Below, in pieces: positions 36,962 through 47,247 of a stretch of DNA of 64,000 nucleotides. Within the stretch, counting starts at the first letter, position 1. Every line of letters begins with the position of its first letter. The notes under the pieces are model-generated. The model was not told the DNA's origin and did no database searches. It was given only the letters and a program-made list of their open reading frames with translations. The position numbers were made by a program, and so were the translations under genes. Origin of the DNA: Thermoguttaceae bacterium. Its GTDB lineage: Bacteria > Planctomycetota > Planctomycetia > Pirellulales > Thermoguttaceae. The DNA lies in assembly GCA_045599605.1 (NCBI GenBank), contig JAZRWE010000033.1, forward strand, positions 85,687 through 149,686, written 5' to 3'.

Positions 36962-37266
36962 TTTCAAGTCCTTTTCGATCGATGAGGGGTTGAAACGTGA
37001 TCGGACGTTATAACCTGTTTAATAACGATTATACGTAAAAATCGTTCTTTAAGAAATATCGGATTTTTTATTCCATTTCTTAACGAGCGTCTCGTGATTT
37101 GTTGCGAATACTACGAAATTATCGTCGAAATACAGTCGCAAAAGCGCGCCTTCTCGCGTCGAGGTTCTTTTTTACCGGCCTCGTTTCGCTGAGTATCGCA
37201 ACCGTGCTTAGCGCAACCTACGGCGCCTGGTGCGCTTGGAATTTTATTATAGGAGTTTTGTTTAAG

Positions 37267-38526
37267 ATGAGTAAAGTTGAACAAGCGTTTGCTCTGGCTA
37301 AAGAACGTTATGCCGAACTTGGAGTCGACGTTGACGCCGCTATCGCGAAAATTGAAAACACGGCGATCTCGCTGCACTGCTGGCAAGGCGACGACGTTGG
37401 CGGTTTCGAAGCTGCCGGCGAAGCGTTGAGCGGCGGTATCCTCTCCACGGGCAACTATCCGGGCAAAGCTCGCACTCCGGACGAACTTCGTCAAGACGCT
37501 GAAAAGGCGATGTCGTTGATCCCGGGTAAACTTCGTTTCAACCTTCACGCGATCTATCTTGAAAACGGCGGCAAGAAAGTCGACCGCGACGAGATCGAAC
37601 CTTGCCATTTCCAAGGCTGGGTCGACTGGGCTAAGAAACAAGGCATTGGTCTTGATTTCAACCCGACGTTCTTCTCTCACCCGAAGGCCGCCGACGGCTT
37701 GACTCTTTCTCACCCGAGCAAAGAGATCCGCGACTTCTGGATCCAACACGACAAGCAATGCCGTAAGATCGCCAACTATTTCGGCGAACAACTCGGTACC
37801 GAATGCGTTGTCAATCACTGGACTCCGGACGGTATCAAAGACACGCCGGTCGATCGTCTTGCCCCGCGTCAACGCTTGGCCGAATCCTACGACGAGATCT
37901 TCTCCGTCAAGTACGATCCCAAGAACATCCGCGACGGCGTTGAAAGCAAGTTGTTCGGTATCGGCGCTGAAAGCTACACCGTCGGCAGTCACGAATGGTG
38001 CATGGGTTACGCGGTCAAGAACAACCTTATCGCGACGCTCGACGCGGGCCACTTCCATCCGACCGAATGCATCAGCGACAAGTTGACCTCGATCTCGATG
38101 TTCACCGAAAAGCTCTTGCTGCACGTCTCTCGCGGCGTTCGTTGGGACTCCGACCACGTCGTTATCTATAACGACCAAATGCGCGCTATCGCCGAAGAAT
38201 TGGTCCGCAACGACCTGCTTCCGAGAACCTATATCGCGCTCGACTTCTTCGACGGCTCGATCAACCGTATCGCCGCGTGGACCGTCGGTACTCGCGCCGC
38301 GTTCAAAGCGCTCCTTATTGCCGCGCTCGAACCGACCGCCGAACTTCGCAAGCTCGAAAACGAATTTAACTACTCCAAGCGCTTGGCTCTTCTCGAAGAA
38401 CTCAAGTCCGCGCCGTTCGCCGCCGTTTGGGATTACTACTGCGAAAAGAACAACGCCCCCGTCGGCGCCAACTGGATCGCCGATTGCGAACAATACGAAA
38501 AAGACGTCCTCAGCAAGCGCTGCTGA
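37267..38526 (+). CDS. rhaA: L-rhamnose isomerase
   Basis: It aligns in my recollection nearly end-to-end with E. coli RhaA ([45 protein letters not shown]). An SD (AGGAG) lies before the ATG at 37267, and the upstream 56 codons of the ORF track are not RhaA-like. Confidence 0.9.
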   Translation: MSKVEQAFALAKERYAELGVDVDAAIAKIENTAISLHCWQGDDVGGFEAAGEALSGGILSTGNYPGKARTPDELRQDAEKAMSLIPGKLRFNLHAIYLENGGKKVDRDEIEPCHFQGWVDWAKKQGIGLDFNPTFFSHPKAADGLTLSHPSKEIRDFWIQHDKQCRKIANYFGEQLGTECVVNHWTPDGIKDTPVDRLAPRQRLAESYDEIFSVKYDPKNIRDGVESKLFGIGAESYTVGSHEWCMGYAVKNNLIATLDAGHFHPTECISDKLTSISMFTEKLLLHVSRGVRWDSDHVVIYNDQMRAIAEELVRNDLLPRTYIALDFFDGSINRIAAWTVGTRAAFKALLIAALEPTAELRKLENEFNYSKRLALLEELKSAPFAAVWDYYCEKNNAPVGANWIADCEQYEKDVLSKRC

Positions 38527-38559
38527 ATCTAGCGTCGTCGCGTGTTGAGCGCGACTAGG

Positions 38560-38609
38560 AAATAAGAAACGACCTTGCGTTCTCGTTGACGCAAGGTCGT
38601 TTTTGTTTT
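38560..38609. terminator. bidirectional rho-independent terminator between rhaA and hemD (AAACGACCTTGCG...CGCAAGGTCGTTT, then TTTGTTTT)
   Basis: A 13-bp perfect stem is flanked by an A-rich run on the left and a T-rich run on the right. Confidence 0.6.
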
Positions 38610-38633
38610 AGCTCGTTTTACTTCGACGCTTTA

Positions 38634-39422
38634 TTATTTATCGTTTTGCAAGCGTTTATGTAACGCCGCGACGGTCTCGACTAAGCTCTCGATAGTCGCT
38701 TCTTCCGCGATCGCGTCGACTTCGACGCCTTCTTTACGCATCGCGTCCGCCGTTAACGCGCTTAACGCGACCCAGCGCGTCTTCTTTACGTTTTCGCCTA
38801 AGAGGTTGACGAGCGCTTTGGCCGTCGCGGAACTCATGACGGTCGCGTAGTCGATCTTGCCGGCTTCCAACGCGCTCACGACTTCGGGCAAGGGCGTCGT
38901 CGCGTCGACGCTGCGATACGTTTCGACTTCGCGTATCTCGGCGCCTAGCGCGGTAAGTCGGTCGCGTAACGTCTTGCGCCCGCGGTTGGCGCGAAAAGAT
39001 ACGAATCGTTGTCGCGCGATATCGTCCGCGTGGAGCGCGACAAGCGCGTCGACGATCCCGTCGGCGTCAAATTTTGCGGGGACAAGATCGCATTGCAGTC
39101 CGGATCCCGCCAACGCGTCGCGCGTGCCCGAGCCTACCGCCGCTATCTTCACGTTATCGAACGCGACGACGTTTAACGCGTTTGCGCGTTCGAGCGCGTA
39201 TTTGACGCCGTTCGCGCTGGAAAATATCGCCCACTCGTATTCTCCGCGCGCGAGTCGAAACAGCTCGTCGTCAAGATCGGCGTAGTCGTTGGGCGGAAGT
39301 ATCTCGATACCCGGCTGCACTAGCGTTGAACCGCCGTACGACGCGACGAGGTCTTGAAGGTCTTGAGCTTGTTCTTTTGCGCGAGTGATCAGCGTGACGG
39401 TTCCGAGTAGTTCTGACGACAT
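38634..39422 (-). CDS. hemD: uroporphyrinogen-III synthase
   Basis: It has a HemD-like fold pattern (VTLITRAKEQAQDLQDLVASYGGSTLVQPGIEILPP ... WAIFSSANGVKY). The length (262 aa) fits HemD. Confidence 0.6.
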   Translation of the reverse strand: MSSELLGTVTLITRAKEQAQDLQDLVASYGGSTLVQPGIEILPPNDYADLDDELFRLARGEYEWAIFSSANGVKYALERANALNVVAFDNVKIAAVGSGTRDALAGSGLQCDLVPAKFDADGIVDALVALHADDIARQRFVSFRANRGRKTLRDRLTALGAEIREVETYRSVDATTPLPEVVSALEAGKIDYATVMSSATAKALVNLLGENVKKTRWVALSALTADAMRKEGVEVDAIAEEATIESLVETVAALHKRLQNDK

Positions 39423-39697
39423 AGCGTGCTTTCTATTTTTTTTGCAAAGAGCGCGTCAAGCAAGCGTATTGCTCTTGACGCTACGATCGATATTTTATCA
39501 AATAAAGATAACAAAAGAATGACCCAAACGGCGTAAGACGCATAAAAACGCGGATAGTTCGACAAAGAAAAATTTTTCCAACTGCTGTTGACGAAGTTTG
39601 TGAAAATGTTCACAATACGCAAAGTTTTACGGAAACAATTTTTCAAGCGTCGGCGTACCTGATTCGCGGCGTTTTGACTGATAAGGGATCATTTCAC

Positions 39698-40315
39698 ATG
39701 ACGAGATCGTTTCGACTTTGCTTTGCGTTGGCTGTGGCGTTGTCGCTGCCGTTGACGGGTTGCGGCAAAGGTAAGGCGACGGTAGGGCCAAGCGTAAGCA
39801 ACGAAGCCGTTGAAGTTAGCGACGAAAAAACAGAAGCCGTTCCCTTGGACGCTCCTGAACTCGACGAAACGCCTCTCGATTCGGAGAATCCCGACACGCC
39901 CGAAGGCGTTGTCAATATGTTCTTTAAGACGTTTTTCAGCGGAGACGACGACGGCGCGTTCGCCTTGTTGACTTCTCGAGCACAACGCGCGAAGCGTGAA
40001 CACTTTAACGCGCAAGAGAGCGACACCGTTCGTTGGCGTATCACGAAGAAGATGAAGCCCGTGCGCGGAAGAGTCTTGGTGCAAGTCGAAGTTGAAGACT
40101 ATACCGAGACCGGCGCGATCCAATTGGACGAATTGACGTTCGTGCTCACCAACGACGATTACGTCTGGCGTATCGCGGGTTTCAGCGTCGGCGAACTGGC
40201 GATCAATTTTGAAGAACAAGCCTCCGACGACGAAGAGTATTACGTCAAAGACGACGAGGATTCCGCGCCCGCGAGAACGGCGCGTGCGATCGAATCGAGC
40301 GTTCTCGTTCGATGA
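39698..40315 (+). CDS. lipoprotein of unknown function (lipobox LTGC), DUF4878-like
   Basis: The ATG at 39698 has an SD (AAGGGA) upstream. A signal peptide plus LPLTGCGKG follows. The mature part resembles small SnoaL/DUF4878-type lipoproteins (MFFKTFFSGDDDGAFALLTS). Confidence 0.5.
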   Translation: MTRSFRLCFALAVALSLPLTGCGKGKATVGPSVSNEAVEVSDEKTEAVPLDAPELDETPLDSENPDTPEGVVNMFFKTFFSGDDDGAFALLTSRAQRAKREHFNAQESDTVRWRITKKMKPVRGRVLVQVEVEDYTETGAIQLDELTFVLTNDDYVWRIAGFSVGELAINFEEQASDDEEYYVKDDEDSAPARTARAIESSVLVR

Positions 40316-40754
40316 GCCGATCAAAGAAACACTAACGCTGCGAGCAAGGATGCTCAATGACATGGACGTCGAAAGCGTTTTATTACCCAGCGGTACGCAA
40401 GGATGCGATCTAAGCAAGGATGCTTTTCCGCCGGGTTTTTTGTATTAACGTTAGTCCGCGTTTGCAAGCGCGGCGCGTTCCGAGACTTGGGAAACGGTTT
40501 CCCGGTTTTGTTCTATAAAGCGTCGATAACCTCGGCGCTTTTTTTTATTGCGTATAAGATCGGATATCTTTCGCGGTCGAGCGTCGTAGCGATAGAAATG
40601 CGGCGCAGGCGGCGATTAGATACCGGCGGGCAGATCGGCGACTTGTTAGAAGGAACCGTCGGAACCGGCGCAAGCTCTACGCCGTAAGAACGACGGCGAA
40701 GGGTAGGCGACTCTTCGACGCTTTGACACATTTCCTTCACGCGCTCGCGTCGAC

Positions 40755-40803
40755 AATAAAAAAGCCGGAAGACCTGTGAAGATCTTCCGGCGTATTTTAT
40801 TTA
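40755..40803. terminator. bidirectional rho-independent terminator (GCCGGAAGA...TCTTCCGGC flanked by AATAAAAAA and TATTTTATTT)
   Basis: A 9-bp stem spans 40764-40791. It lies 55 bp downstream of the minus-strand poly-Asn protein gene. Confidence 0.55.
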
Positions 40804-40845
40804 CGATAGTCGAACGCTAAGCGTTTATCTATCGAGCGTTGGAAC

Positions 40846-42375
40846 TCAGTCCCACCACCAAGCGGTAACGTCGTTGTTTTCAGCTTGGGCGCGTTTGGCT
40901 TCGACCGTACCTTTTTCGTCGTACTTCATGTGTTCTTGATCGAGCGCGACTTGGGGTTCGATGGAGACGCCGCCGCCGGTCGGGTAGGAGACCATGTTGT
41001 TACTACGACGAACGGTGTTGACCGCGGTTTGCGCGAATTCAACGGCGTTGAGGTTTTCAGTTTGGTATTGCGCTTCGTCGGCGAAGAATTCGGCGTTCCA
41101 GTTGGTCTTGCCGTAAACGTTTTCCTTTTGGAGGTAAGCGGCGACGATGGACATATCGATCAAGTTACGGAGGTTAGCGTAGACCGGAACTTGGTCGGCG
41201 ATCTTTTCGAATTTTTGCGTGAAGCTCTTAGCGTAAGCGCGAGTCGCGGGGTTGCCCTTGCCCTTGTTGGCGGAACGAGTACCGTCGGCGGCGACGAGTT
41301 CGTCTTCGCCAAGGAGGTTGACGCCGTTGCCAACGAGTTGCATCGCGTTGCCGTCTTCGGTCTCAACGACGCAATCGTAGTTGGGTTGGAAGTACCAACG
41401 AACGAGGGCGTTGGAAGCGTTGTTGCGCGGGTTAGATTTATCGACGTAGGTAACGAGCTTGACGGGGGATTCTTCAAGACCGATACCGATGAGTTTCATA
41501 CGATAGTCGGCGGCGACGAGGGTCACGGCGAAGTTGGTCTTGGGGGAGACGCCCCAGACGGTGACGTTTTGGAGCCCGAGCGCTTCGCGGATACCGGCGG
41601 CGTATTCGACGCAGTCGGCGTCGTTAGCGACGTTCGGTTGAGCGGCGGTGTTCAAGTAGGATTGCATCGAGCGGAGACCTTCTTCGGTCGGGTCGATGGA
41701 GCAGCCGACTAAGCTCGCGCCTTTGCCGTTGGCGGGATAAGCGCGCATGGCGACGACGAGGTCTTCAAGGCGAAGAGTCGGACGACCGCTCTTCATACCG
41801 ACGGTGGCGCCTTCAGCGCCGACGGTCCAACCTTCCGCGGGACCGGCGATAACGACGTCGCCCGTTTCGGGATAAACGAAGACGTTTTCAATACGAGTAA
41901 GACCGGCAAGATTCGCCATTTCGTCGGAAACGACGCCGTTGTTGGCTTGGATCGCGGCTTCAAGGCGATTCAAGGAAACTTTACGCATCTTGCTGACGGC
42001 GCGCATTTCGCTCGGGACGCTGCGATAGGCTTCTTCGCGGATCGAAGCGAGAAGACCGTCGTCCATGGAGACGCGTTGCAAAACGCCGTTAGGATCGACG
42101 ACGACGCCGGAACCGTAGGAGGAACCGTTGCCGCTGTTACCGCCGTTGTTGTTATTGTTATTATTGTTGTTGTTACGGCCGCCGTTGTTATTGTTGTTAT
42201 TATTGTTGTTGTTGTTGTTACGGCCGCCGTTATTATTATTATTATTATTATTATTATTGTTGTTGTAGTTCTGTCCGAAAGCCGTCGACATAGGCGAATT
42301 CGACATAGGCGCGGAAAAGAGAACGATCAGCGCCAGGATCGCGCTTAAACGAAGGACGAAATTACTCCGACTCAT
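40846..42375 (-). CDS. secreted protein of unknown function with an N-terminal poly-Asn/GGR tract
   Basis: A signal peptide (LSAILALIVLFSAPMSNSPMSTAFGQ) is followed by N14-GGR-N14-GGR-N10-GGN and then a 400-aa globular region. No family was recognised. Confidence 0.7.
   Translation of the reverse strand: MSRSNFVLRLSAILALIVLFSAPMSNSPMSTAFGQNYNNNNNNNNNNNNGGRNNNNNNNNNNNNGGRNNNNNNNNNNGGNSGNGSSYGSGVVVDPNGVLQRVSMDDGLLASIREEAYRSVPSEMRAVSKMRKVSLNRLEAAIQANNGVVSDEMANLAGLTRIENVFVYPETGDVVIAGPAEGWTVGAEGATVGMKSGRPTLRLEDLVVAMRAYPANGKGASLVGCSIDPTEEGLRSMQSYLNTAAQPNVANDADCVEYAAGIREALGLQNVTVWGVSPKTNFAVTLVAADYRMKLIGIGLEESPVKLVTYVDKSNPRNNASNALVRWYFQPNYDCVVETEDGNAMQLVGNGVNLLGEDELVAADGTRSANKGKGNPATRAYAKSFTQKFEKIADQVPVYANLRNLIDMSIVAAYLQKENVYGKTNWNAEFFADEAQYQTENLNAVEFAQTAVNTVRRSNNMVSYPTGGGVSIEPQVALDQEHMKYDEKGTVEAKRAQAENNDVTAWWWD
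42146..42266. repeat. trinucleotide microsatellite (GTT/ATT on the + strand, equal to AAC/AAT codons on the coding strand), about 120 bp, interrupted twice by ACGGCCGCC
   Basis: Read directly from the sequence (gttgttgttattgttattattgttgttgtt ACGGCC gccgttgttattgttgttattattgttgttgttgttgtt ACGGCCGCC gttattattattattattattattattattgttgttgta). It encodes the poly-Asn tract. Confidence 0.85.
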
Positions 42376-43109
42376 GAATATCTCCTAAATCAACTTAGGC
42401 TTTTGACGGTGATGATCTATCTAAATAACGGACGTTAAACCGTCCTCTCGTTCGCGCCGACGCGGAGTCGAAACGATCGATCGATCCGCATTGCGCTGCC
42501 GGACATAAAGTCGGCGTCCGATCGACGAGCGAACCGGCGGCATTTTTGCCGCGCGTGTTTTCCTATACCGGACCGCGCGTCGTCAACTTGAGACTACGGC
42601 GCCACAATCCTACTTTATAATGATAATTTGAGCGCGCCTTTTCTACAAGTATTAAGTTATGAAAATCCTTTTTTTTTGCTGAAAATTTTTCAAAGTAAGA
42701 TTGAAGTATCGATTTTAACGGCTGGTTAAGTAAAAGGGAATAGCGTGTTGTGTTTGTTAGGGTAAGTGAGGTTGATTTTACGCGACGCTTTATTATCTTG
42801 TTTTGTTTATTGAATTCGTTCTATCTTACCGCTTTTAAACAATAGGATTAAAACTCTTTTATATTTTTGTCGTTAAGCGAAAAGTAAGTCTGAAGTATTT
42901 TGTAAAAGACGACGAAAAAGAGAAATGAATTTATGTCGAGAAGTCTGTCGCGTAGACGGCTTCTTGAATTTGCTCGAGAGATTCGAGCTATCCGGTTCAA
43001 GACGAGACGCGCTTTGTTTCGTCGCCCGCGCCTTGTTATTGGCGCAGATCGATCGCGGCCGCGTTCCTGTAGACGGAATGATAAGTAGTCCGCGTATATA
43101 AAACGGAAT

Positions 43110-46013
43110 ATGGATATGACCTTTATTACCAAACTCACGACGTTCCGAGCGACTCCCGCTGTTTTGGCTTCGCTTGTCGCTCTTTTTTTGAGCTCCGCAG
43201 CCACCGCGCAAGACCCCGTCGGCGCGAACGCTCAGCAGAACGTTGTTAAAGTCGCTCAACGAGGAGTCGTTCGTTCTTTATTAGGCGTGCGCGATAACGA
43301 AGCCGGGACGCGCGACGCGCGCCTTGCGCCCTCTTATAACGCGAGCGCTAATAACGCCAATACGACGGAACGTCAATCTGCGCGCGCGACGCGTCGCAAT
43401 TCCGACGCGATTCCTCAAGGCACGGTTCGTATGCGTTCTAATAACGCGGAACAACAAGCGAAGGATACCGCTCCCGCGTTTACGCCCGTCTCGATGACGC
43501 GAACTGCGGACGCGCAAGACGAACCGCTTCCGACGCTCGATATAGTCGAAGAACCCGCCGTTGTTGAAGAGCAACAAGTTCCCGGCGACGGCGAAGACGA
43601 TCGCGTTTTAGAAGAAATGCAACAAGCGGCGGCAGAAGCGCAAGGCGCGGACGTACCCGCGGAAGTCAAGACGCGCGCGTTGGCTAACGTCGACGAAGAC
43701 GCGCCCGACGCCAAAGTGCGTTTGACCGATCTCGACGTTACAGAAGAAGCTATTGCCGAACATACGCAAGACGAACCTCAAACGGCGGTTGAGATCCCGG
43801 AACCGAAGACGATCGCTTCTAACGCGCCTCGTCAGACGAAGCCGGTTCTCGGTTTTGCGGATTCCGCGCGCGCCGTTCGTGATATGAGTTCCGACCTCGT
43901 CGAACAACTCAAGGCGCACGGCGGTTCCGAATTATACGCTCGTTGGCGCGCGTATAACGCGAGTATTCGTAGTCGTACCAATAGTTTGCAGACCGGCAAC
44001 GAGTTGAACAACCGCGCTCGTTTACAATGGTATGAGAAGTTGTATCAAGACCCGTTGAATTCCGTTAACGAAGCGGAAGCCGTTTCTCGCGCGTGGGCGG
44101 AAGAATTTATGGGGTCCGCCGACGACGTAATCGAAGGCGTTCGCAACGCTCGCGCGCATATGGGCGTTTCCGTTCGCGGTGAACGTCCGAAGCGTAAGGC
44201 CGTCGCTTCTTCTAACGACGCGCTCGATCAACTCAAGGCGGTATTGGTCGAAGCGGCTTCTTTACACGCCAAGGCAGTCGCGCCTTGCAGTAAGAACGAT
44301 CTTGCCGCCGTTATGAACGAAGCGTATTCGATCTTCTGCGGTCAAGTTCAAAGCGGTCACACGATCCCGAGTCGCGGTCGCGGTCAATACTTGATCGACG
44401 CGATGGAGAAGATGAACAAGGCCGCGTTGTACGAAGCGGGCGAAGCCGTCTTGTCGTTGATCGACGAAGATATGAAAGCCGCGTTGGCTAATATCGATTT
44501 CAATAGCTTAGAGAAAACGAAGATCGGCGACAACCAGATCGTCGGCCTTATTTCTACGGAAGCCGGCGATATCCTTATCGGCGATTCCAATCGCACGGTC
44601 TGGGATCTGGATAAATACCCGAAAGCTTGCTGCATTATCGATCTTGGCGGCAACGACGTCTATCGCGAAGGCGCTTGCGTTTTGGCGCGTCCTCTGCTCG
44701 TCGTTATCGACCTTGGTAAAGGCAACGACGAATATACCGGTAAGAATTACGCGATCCAAGCTGGAACCGTTCTCGGCGTCACGATGTGGTACGACGACGG
44801 CGGCAACGACTACTATCTCGCGAAAGATATTTGCCAAGGTTCCGCGATCGGCGGTTTCGCCGCGTTGATCAACGAAGAAGGCAACGATCGTTACGTCGGT
44901 TTCCGTCGCGCCCAAGGCGCCGCGCTTGGCGGTTTCGGCTTGTTGCTCGACCGCGCCGGTAAAGACGATTACCGCGCCGCGTTGCTCGCGCAAGGTTTTG
45001 GCGCGCCCGGCGGTTTCGGCGCTATCGTCGATAAGTCCGGCGACGACCACTACTATGTCGGCGGTTACTTCTTCGATTCTTATCCTGAACATCCCGGCTA
45101 CGACGGTTGGGGCCAAGGTATTGGCGCGGGCATCCGTCGTTGCGCTTGCGGCGGTATCGGGGTTCTTCTTGACGGCGCCGGCGACGACGCTTACGAATGC
45201 GACTATTTCGGCCATGGCGGCGGTTACTGGATGGGCGTCGGTATCGCTCGCGACTTTGGCGGCAACGATATGCGTTACTCCGCGACCTCGACGATGTACG
45301 ACGGTTCTCGCCGTCGCGAACAACGTTGGACGCGTTTCACTAACGGCTTTGGTTGCCATTACGCGGTCGGGTACTGCTTCGACGACCTCGGCGACGACGT
45401 CTACGGCGGCACGATCATGGGACTTGGCATGGGCTGGGACCTCGGTTCCGGTTTCCTCGTCGACTTCGACGGCAACGACTCGTTCGAAGCGACCGGCGGT
45501 CTGACGCAAGGCGCGGGCGGCGAAGGTAGTATCGGCGTCATCATGAACTATCGCGGCAACGACACGTACTTGGGCAACTACCAAGGCTACGCCAGCGGTC
45601 AGCTCTCCTATCACGCTCCTTCGAACTGCGGCGCGAACTTCAGCTTCGTCGTCGACCACGGCGGTAAGGACGTCTACGGCGGCGTCGGCAACGATCGTCG
45701 TCCGATCCAAAACAACGCGATCACCGTTCGCGGGTATTCCACCGGTCTCGTGATCGATCGTCCGTCCCCGACGGAAGAAAAAGATACGGCGAACGCCGCC
45801 GCGGCGACCGGTAAAGCGCAGATCGCTTCGTCCGGCATGTCCGCGAAGGAAGGTCAGGTCCGTACGATGGTCGAACCTCCGCCGCTCTACGACACTAACC
45901 CGCATCCGACGAGCAGCGGCACTAACGCGTTTAATCCTCAACCTGAATCCGGCGGTTTCGGCGGAGGTTGGGGCAACGGCGGCGGCCTCTTTGGTCGCGG
46001 CGGATTATTCTAA
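43110..46013 (+). CDS. large secreted repeat protein: N-terminal domain of about 470 aa plus about 12 degenerate repeats of 22-30 aa with a conserved (D)xGG(N/D)DxY core, and a Gly-rich C-terminus
   Basis: A signal peptide is present (ASLVALFLSSAATAQD). The repeats are DLGGNDVY, GKGNDEY, DGGNDYY, EEGNDRY, RAGKDDY, KSGDDHY, GAGDDAY, FGGNDMRY, LGDDVY, DGNDSF, YRGNDTY and HGGKDVY, each followed by Gly-rich hydrophobic strands. Confidence 0.7.
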   Translation: MDMTFITKLTTFRATPAVLASLVALFLSSAATAQDPVGANAQQNVVKVAQRGVVRSLLGVRDNEAGTRDARLAPSYNASANNANTTERQSARATRRNSDAIPQGTVRMRSNNAEQQAKDTAPAFTPVSMTRTADAQDEPLPTLDIVEEPAVVEEQQVPGDGEDDRVLEEMQQAAAEAQGADVPAEVKTRALANVDEDAPDAKVRLTDLDVTEEAIAEHTQDEPQTAVEIPEPKTIASNAPRQTKPVLGFADSARAVRDMSSDLVEQLKAHGGSELYARWRAYNASIRSRTNSLQTGNELNNRARLQWYEKLYQDPLNSVNEAEAVSRAWAEEFMGSADDVIEGVRNARAHMGVSVRGERPKRKAVASSNDALDQLKAVLVEAASLHAKAVAPCSKNDLAAVMNEAYSIFCGQVQSGHTIPSRGRGQYLIDAMEKMNKAALYEAGEAVLSLIDEDMKAALANIDFNSLEKTKIGDNQIVGLISTEAGDILIGDSNRTVWDLDKYPKACCIIDLGGNDVYREGACVLARPLLVVIDLGKGNDEYTGKNYAIQAGTVLGVTMWYDDGGNDYYLAKDICQGSAIGGFAALINEEGNDRYVGFRRAQGAALGGFGLLLDRAGKDDYRAALLAQGFGAPGGFGAIVDKSGDDHYYVGGYFFDSYPEHPGYDGWGQGIGAGIRRCACGGIGVLLDGAGDDAYECDYFGHGGGYWMGVGIARDFGGNDMRYSATSTMYDGSRRREQRWTRFTNGFGCHYAVGYCFDDLGDDVYGGTIMGLGMGWDLGSGFLVDFDGNDSFEATGGLTQGAGGEGSIGVIMNYRGNDTYLGNYQGYASGQLSYHAPSNCGANFSFVVDHGGKDVYGGVGNDRRPIQNNAITVRGYSTGLVIDRPSPTEEKDTANAAAATGKAQIASSGMSAKEGQVRTMVEPPPLYDTNPHPTSSGTNAFNPQPESGGFGGGWGNGGGLFGRGGLF

Positions 46014-46271
46014 GATCTAGCGCCTGGTCTTATGAGAGCGCGGCAAACGTTTTCGAGCGTTTGCCGTGTTTTTTTTATTTTCGTTTTGACGCCGCGTCCG
46101 GATCGCTTGAAAGCCAAGTTCCTTTTTGTAAAATATTGACGCGAGTTTGGACCGGTTAAGAAACTGACGAAACTTAGTCCTCCTTCATGATCAGAAAGCA
46201 ATACATTTTTTAGAACGATCGTAAGTATTCGGAGCAACGATCTTGCGCCGACCGGTCGTTCCGCCGTTCCT

Positions 46272-47117
46272 ATGATCGAAAAAGACGTTGAAGTATCCGA
46301 TTACGTGTCGCCGTCGAAGTTGTGCAATTACACGATCAATCCGTATGTCGGTTGTCCGCATGCTTGTCGGTACTGTTACGCGTCGTTTATGAAGCGTTTC
46401 ACGGAACATGAAGAACCTTGGGGGGAGTTCCTTGACGTCAAGCGTTGTTCTAAGCCGTTAGGCGCGAAGCGATTGACGGGCAAGACCGTCTTTATGTCGT
46501 CGGTCACGGATTGTTATAATCCTTGGGAGGCGAAGTACGGAATAACGCGTAGGATCTTGGAGGAGTTGGCGCCGATCGAATGCGAGCTGTCGATCACGAC
46601 GAAGTCCGATCTCTTGTTGCGCGACCTCGATCTGCTGAAAGCGCGAACGGAGTTGTTTCGACGTCCTAAGACATTATTTGACTTTGCCGAGCCCGACGAG
46701 CGTTGCGGGATACGCGTTCTCGCGTCGGTCAACACGCTCGACGAAGGATTCAGAACGGATATGGATCGCGCTTCCCCGATCGCGAAGCGGTTGGAGATGT
46801 TGAAGGTCTGTCACGCGGCGGGTATTCCGACGCTGTTGTTCATGTCGCCGATATTTCCGCATATCACCGACTTTCGCGCGATCGTCGACGCCGCGGCTTC
46901 TTATGTCGACGCGTTTTGGTTCGAGAACCTGAATCTTCGCCCTGATTTTGAAGACGCGATATTGTTTTATATTCGCGAACGTTATCCGCAATATTTTGAA
47001 ACGTATCTCGATATTTATCGTCGCGGCGATCTGTCGTATTGGCGCGCGCTAAAAGAAGAGATCAAAGAGTATTGCGAACATAAAGGCGTCGCGTTTCAAT
47101 TATGTTTTCACTATTGA
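46272..47117 (+). CDS. radical SAM protein, SPL (spore-photoproduct-lyase-like / DNA repair photolyase COG1533) family
   Basis: The N-terminal INPYVGCPHACRYCYASF contains the C-x3-C-x2-C radical SAM cluster motif in the exact context typical of the SPL family. Confidence 0.75.
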   Translation: MIEKDVEVSDYVSPSKLCNYTINPYVGCPHACRYCYASFMKRFTEHEEPWGEFLDVKRCSKPLGAKRLTGKTVFMSSVTDCYNPWEAKYGITRRILEELAPIECELSITTKSDLLLRDLDLLKARTELFRRPKTLFDFAEPDERCGIRVLASVNTLDEGFRTDMDRASPIAKRLEMLKVCHAAGIPTLLFMSPIFPHITDFRAIVDAAASYVDAFWFENLNLRPDFEDAILFYIRERYPQYFETYLDIYRRGDLSYWRALKEEIKEYCEHKGVAFQLCFHY

Positions 47118-47247
47118 CCCAACCCCTTAAAAAAAAGATACTGTTAGTTATAATATAGGGACGCTCTGTCGCGAGTACGCGCGCGTTAGCGAGGCGACGG
47201 AGAACGCTGTACGTTAAAAGAATCACTCAGGGTGGAGGAAAGCCCAA

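Noticed and set aside
40403-40687. 94-aa + strand ORF in the 530-bp gap between the DUF4878-like lipoprotein gene and the poly-Asn protein gene.
   Set aside because: No RBS is present, the composition is unremarkable and there is no motif. The region contains a terminator-like hairpin (GGGAA-ACGGT-TTCCC plus T-run, about 40490-40515) and probably is non-coding.
42933-43083. 50-codon Arg-rich ORF (MSRSLSRRRLLEFAREIRAIRFKTRR...) in the divergent promoter region upstream of the repeat-protein gene.
   Set aside because: It is highly basic low-complexity sequence with no SD, in an AT-rich divergent intergenic region, so it is likely spurious.
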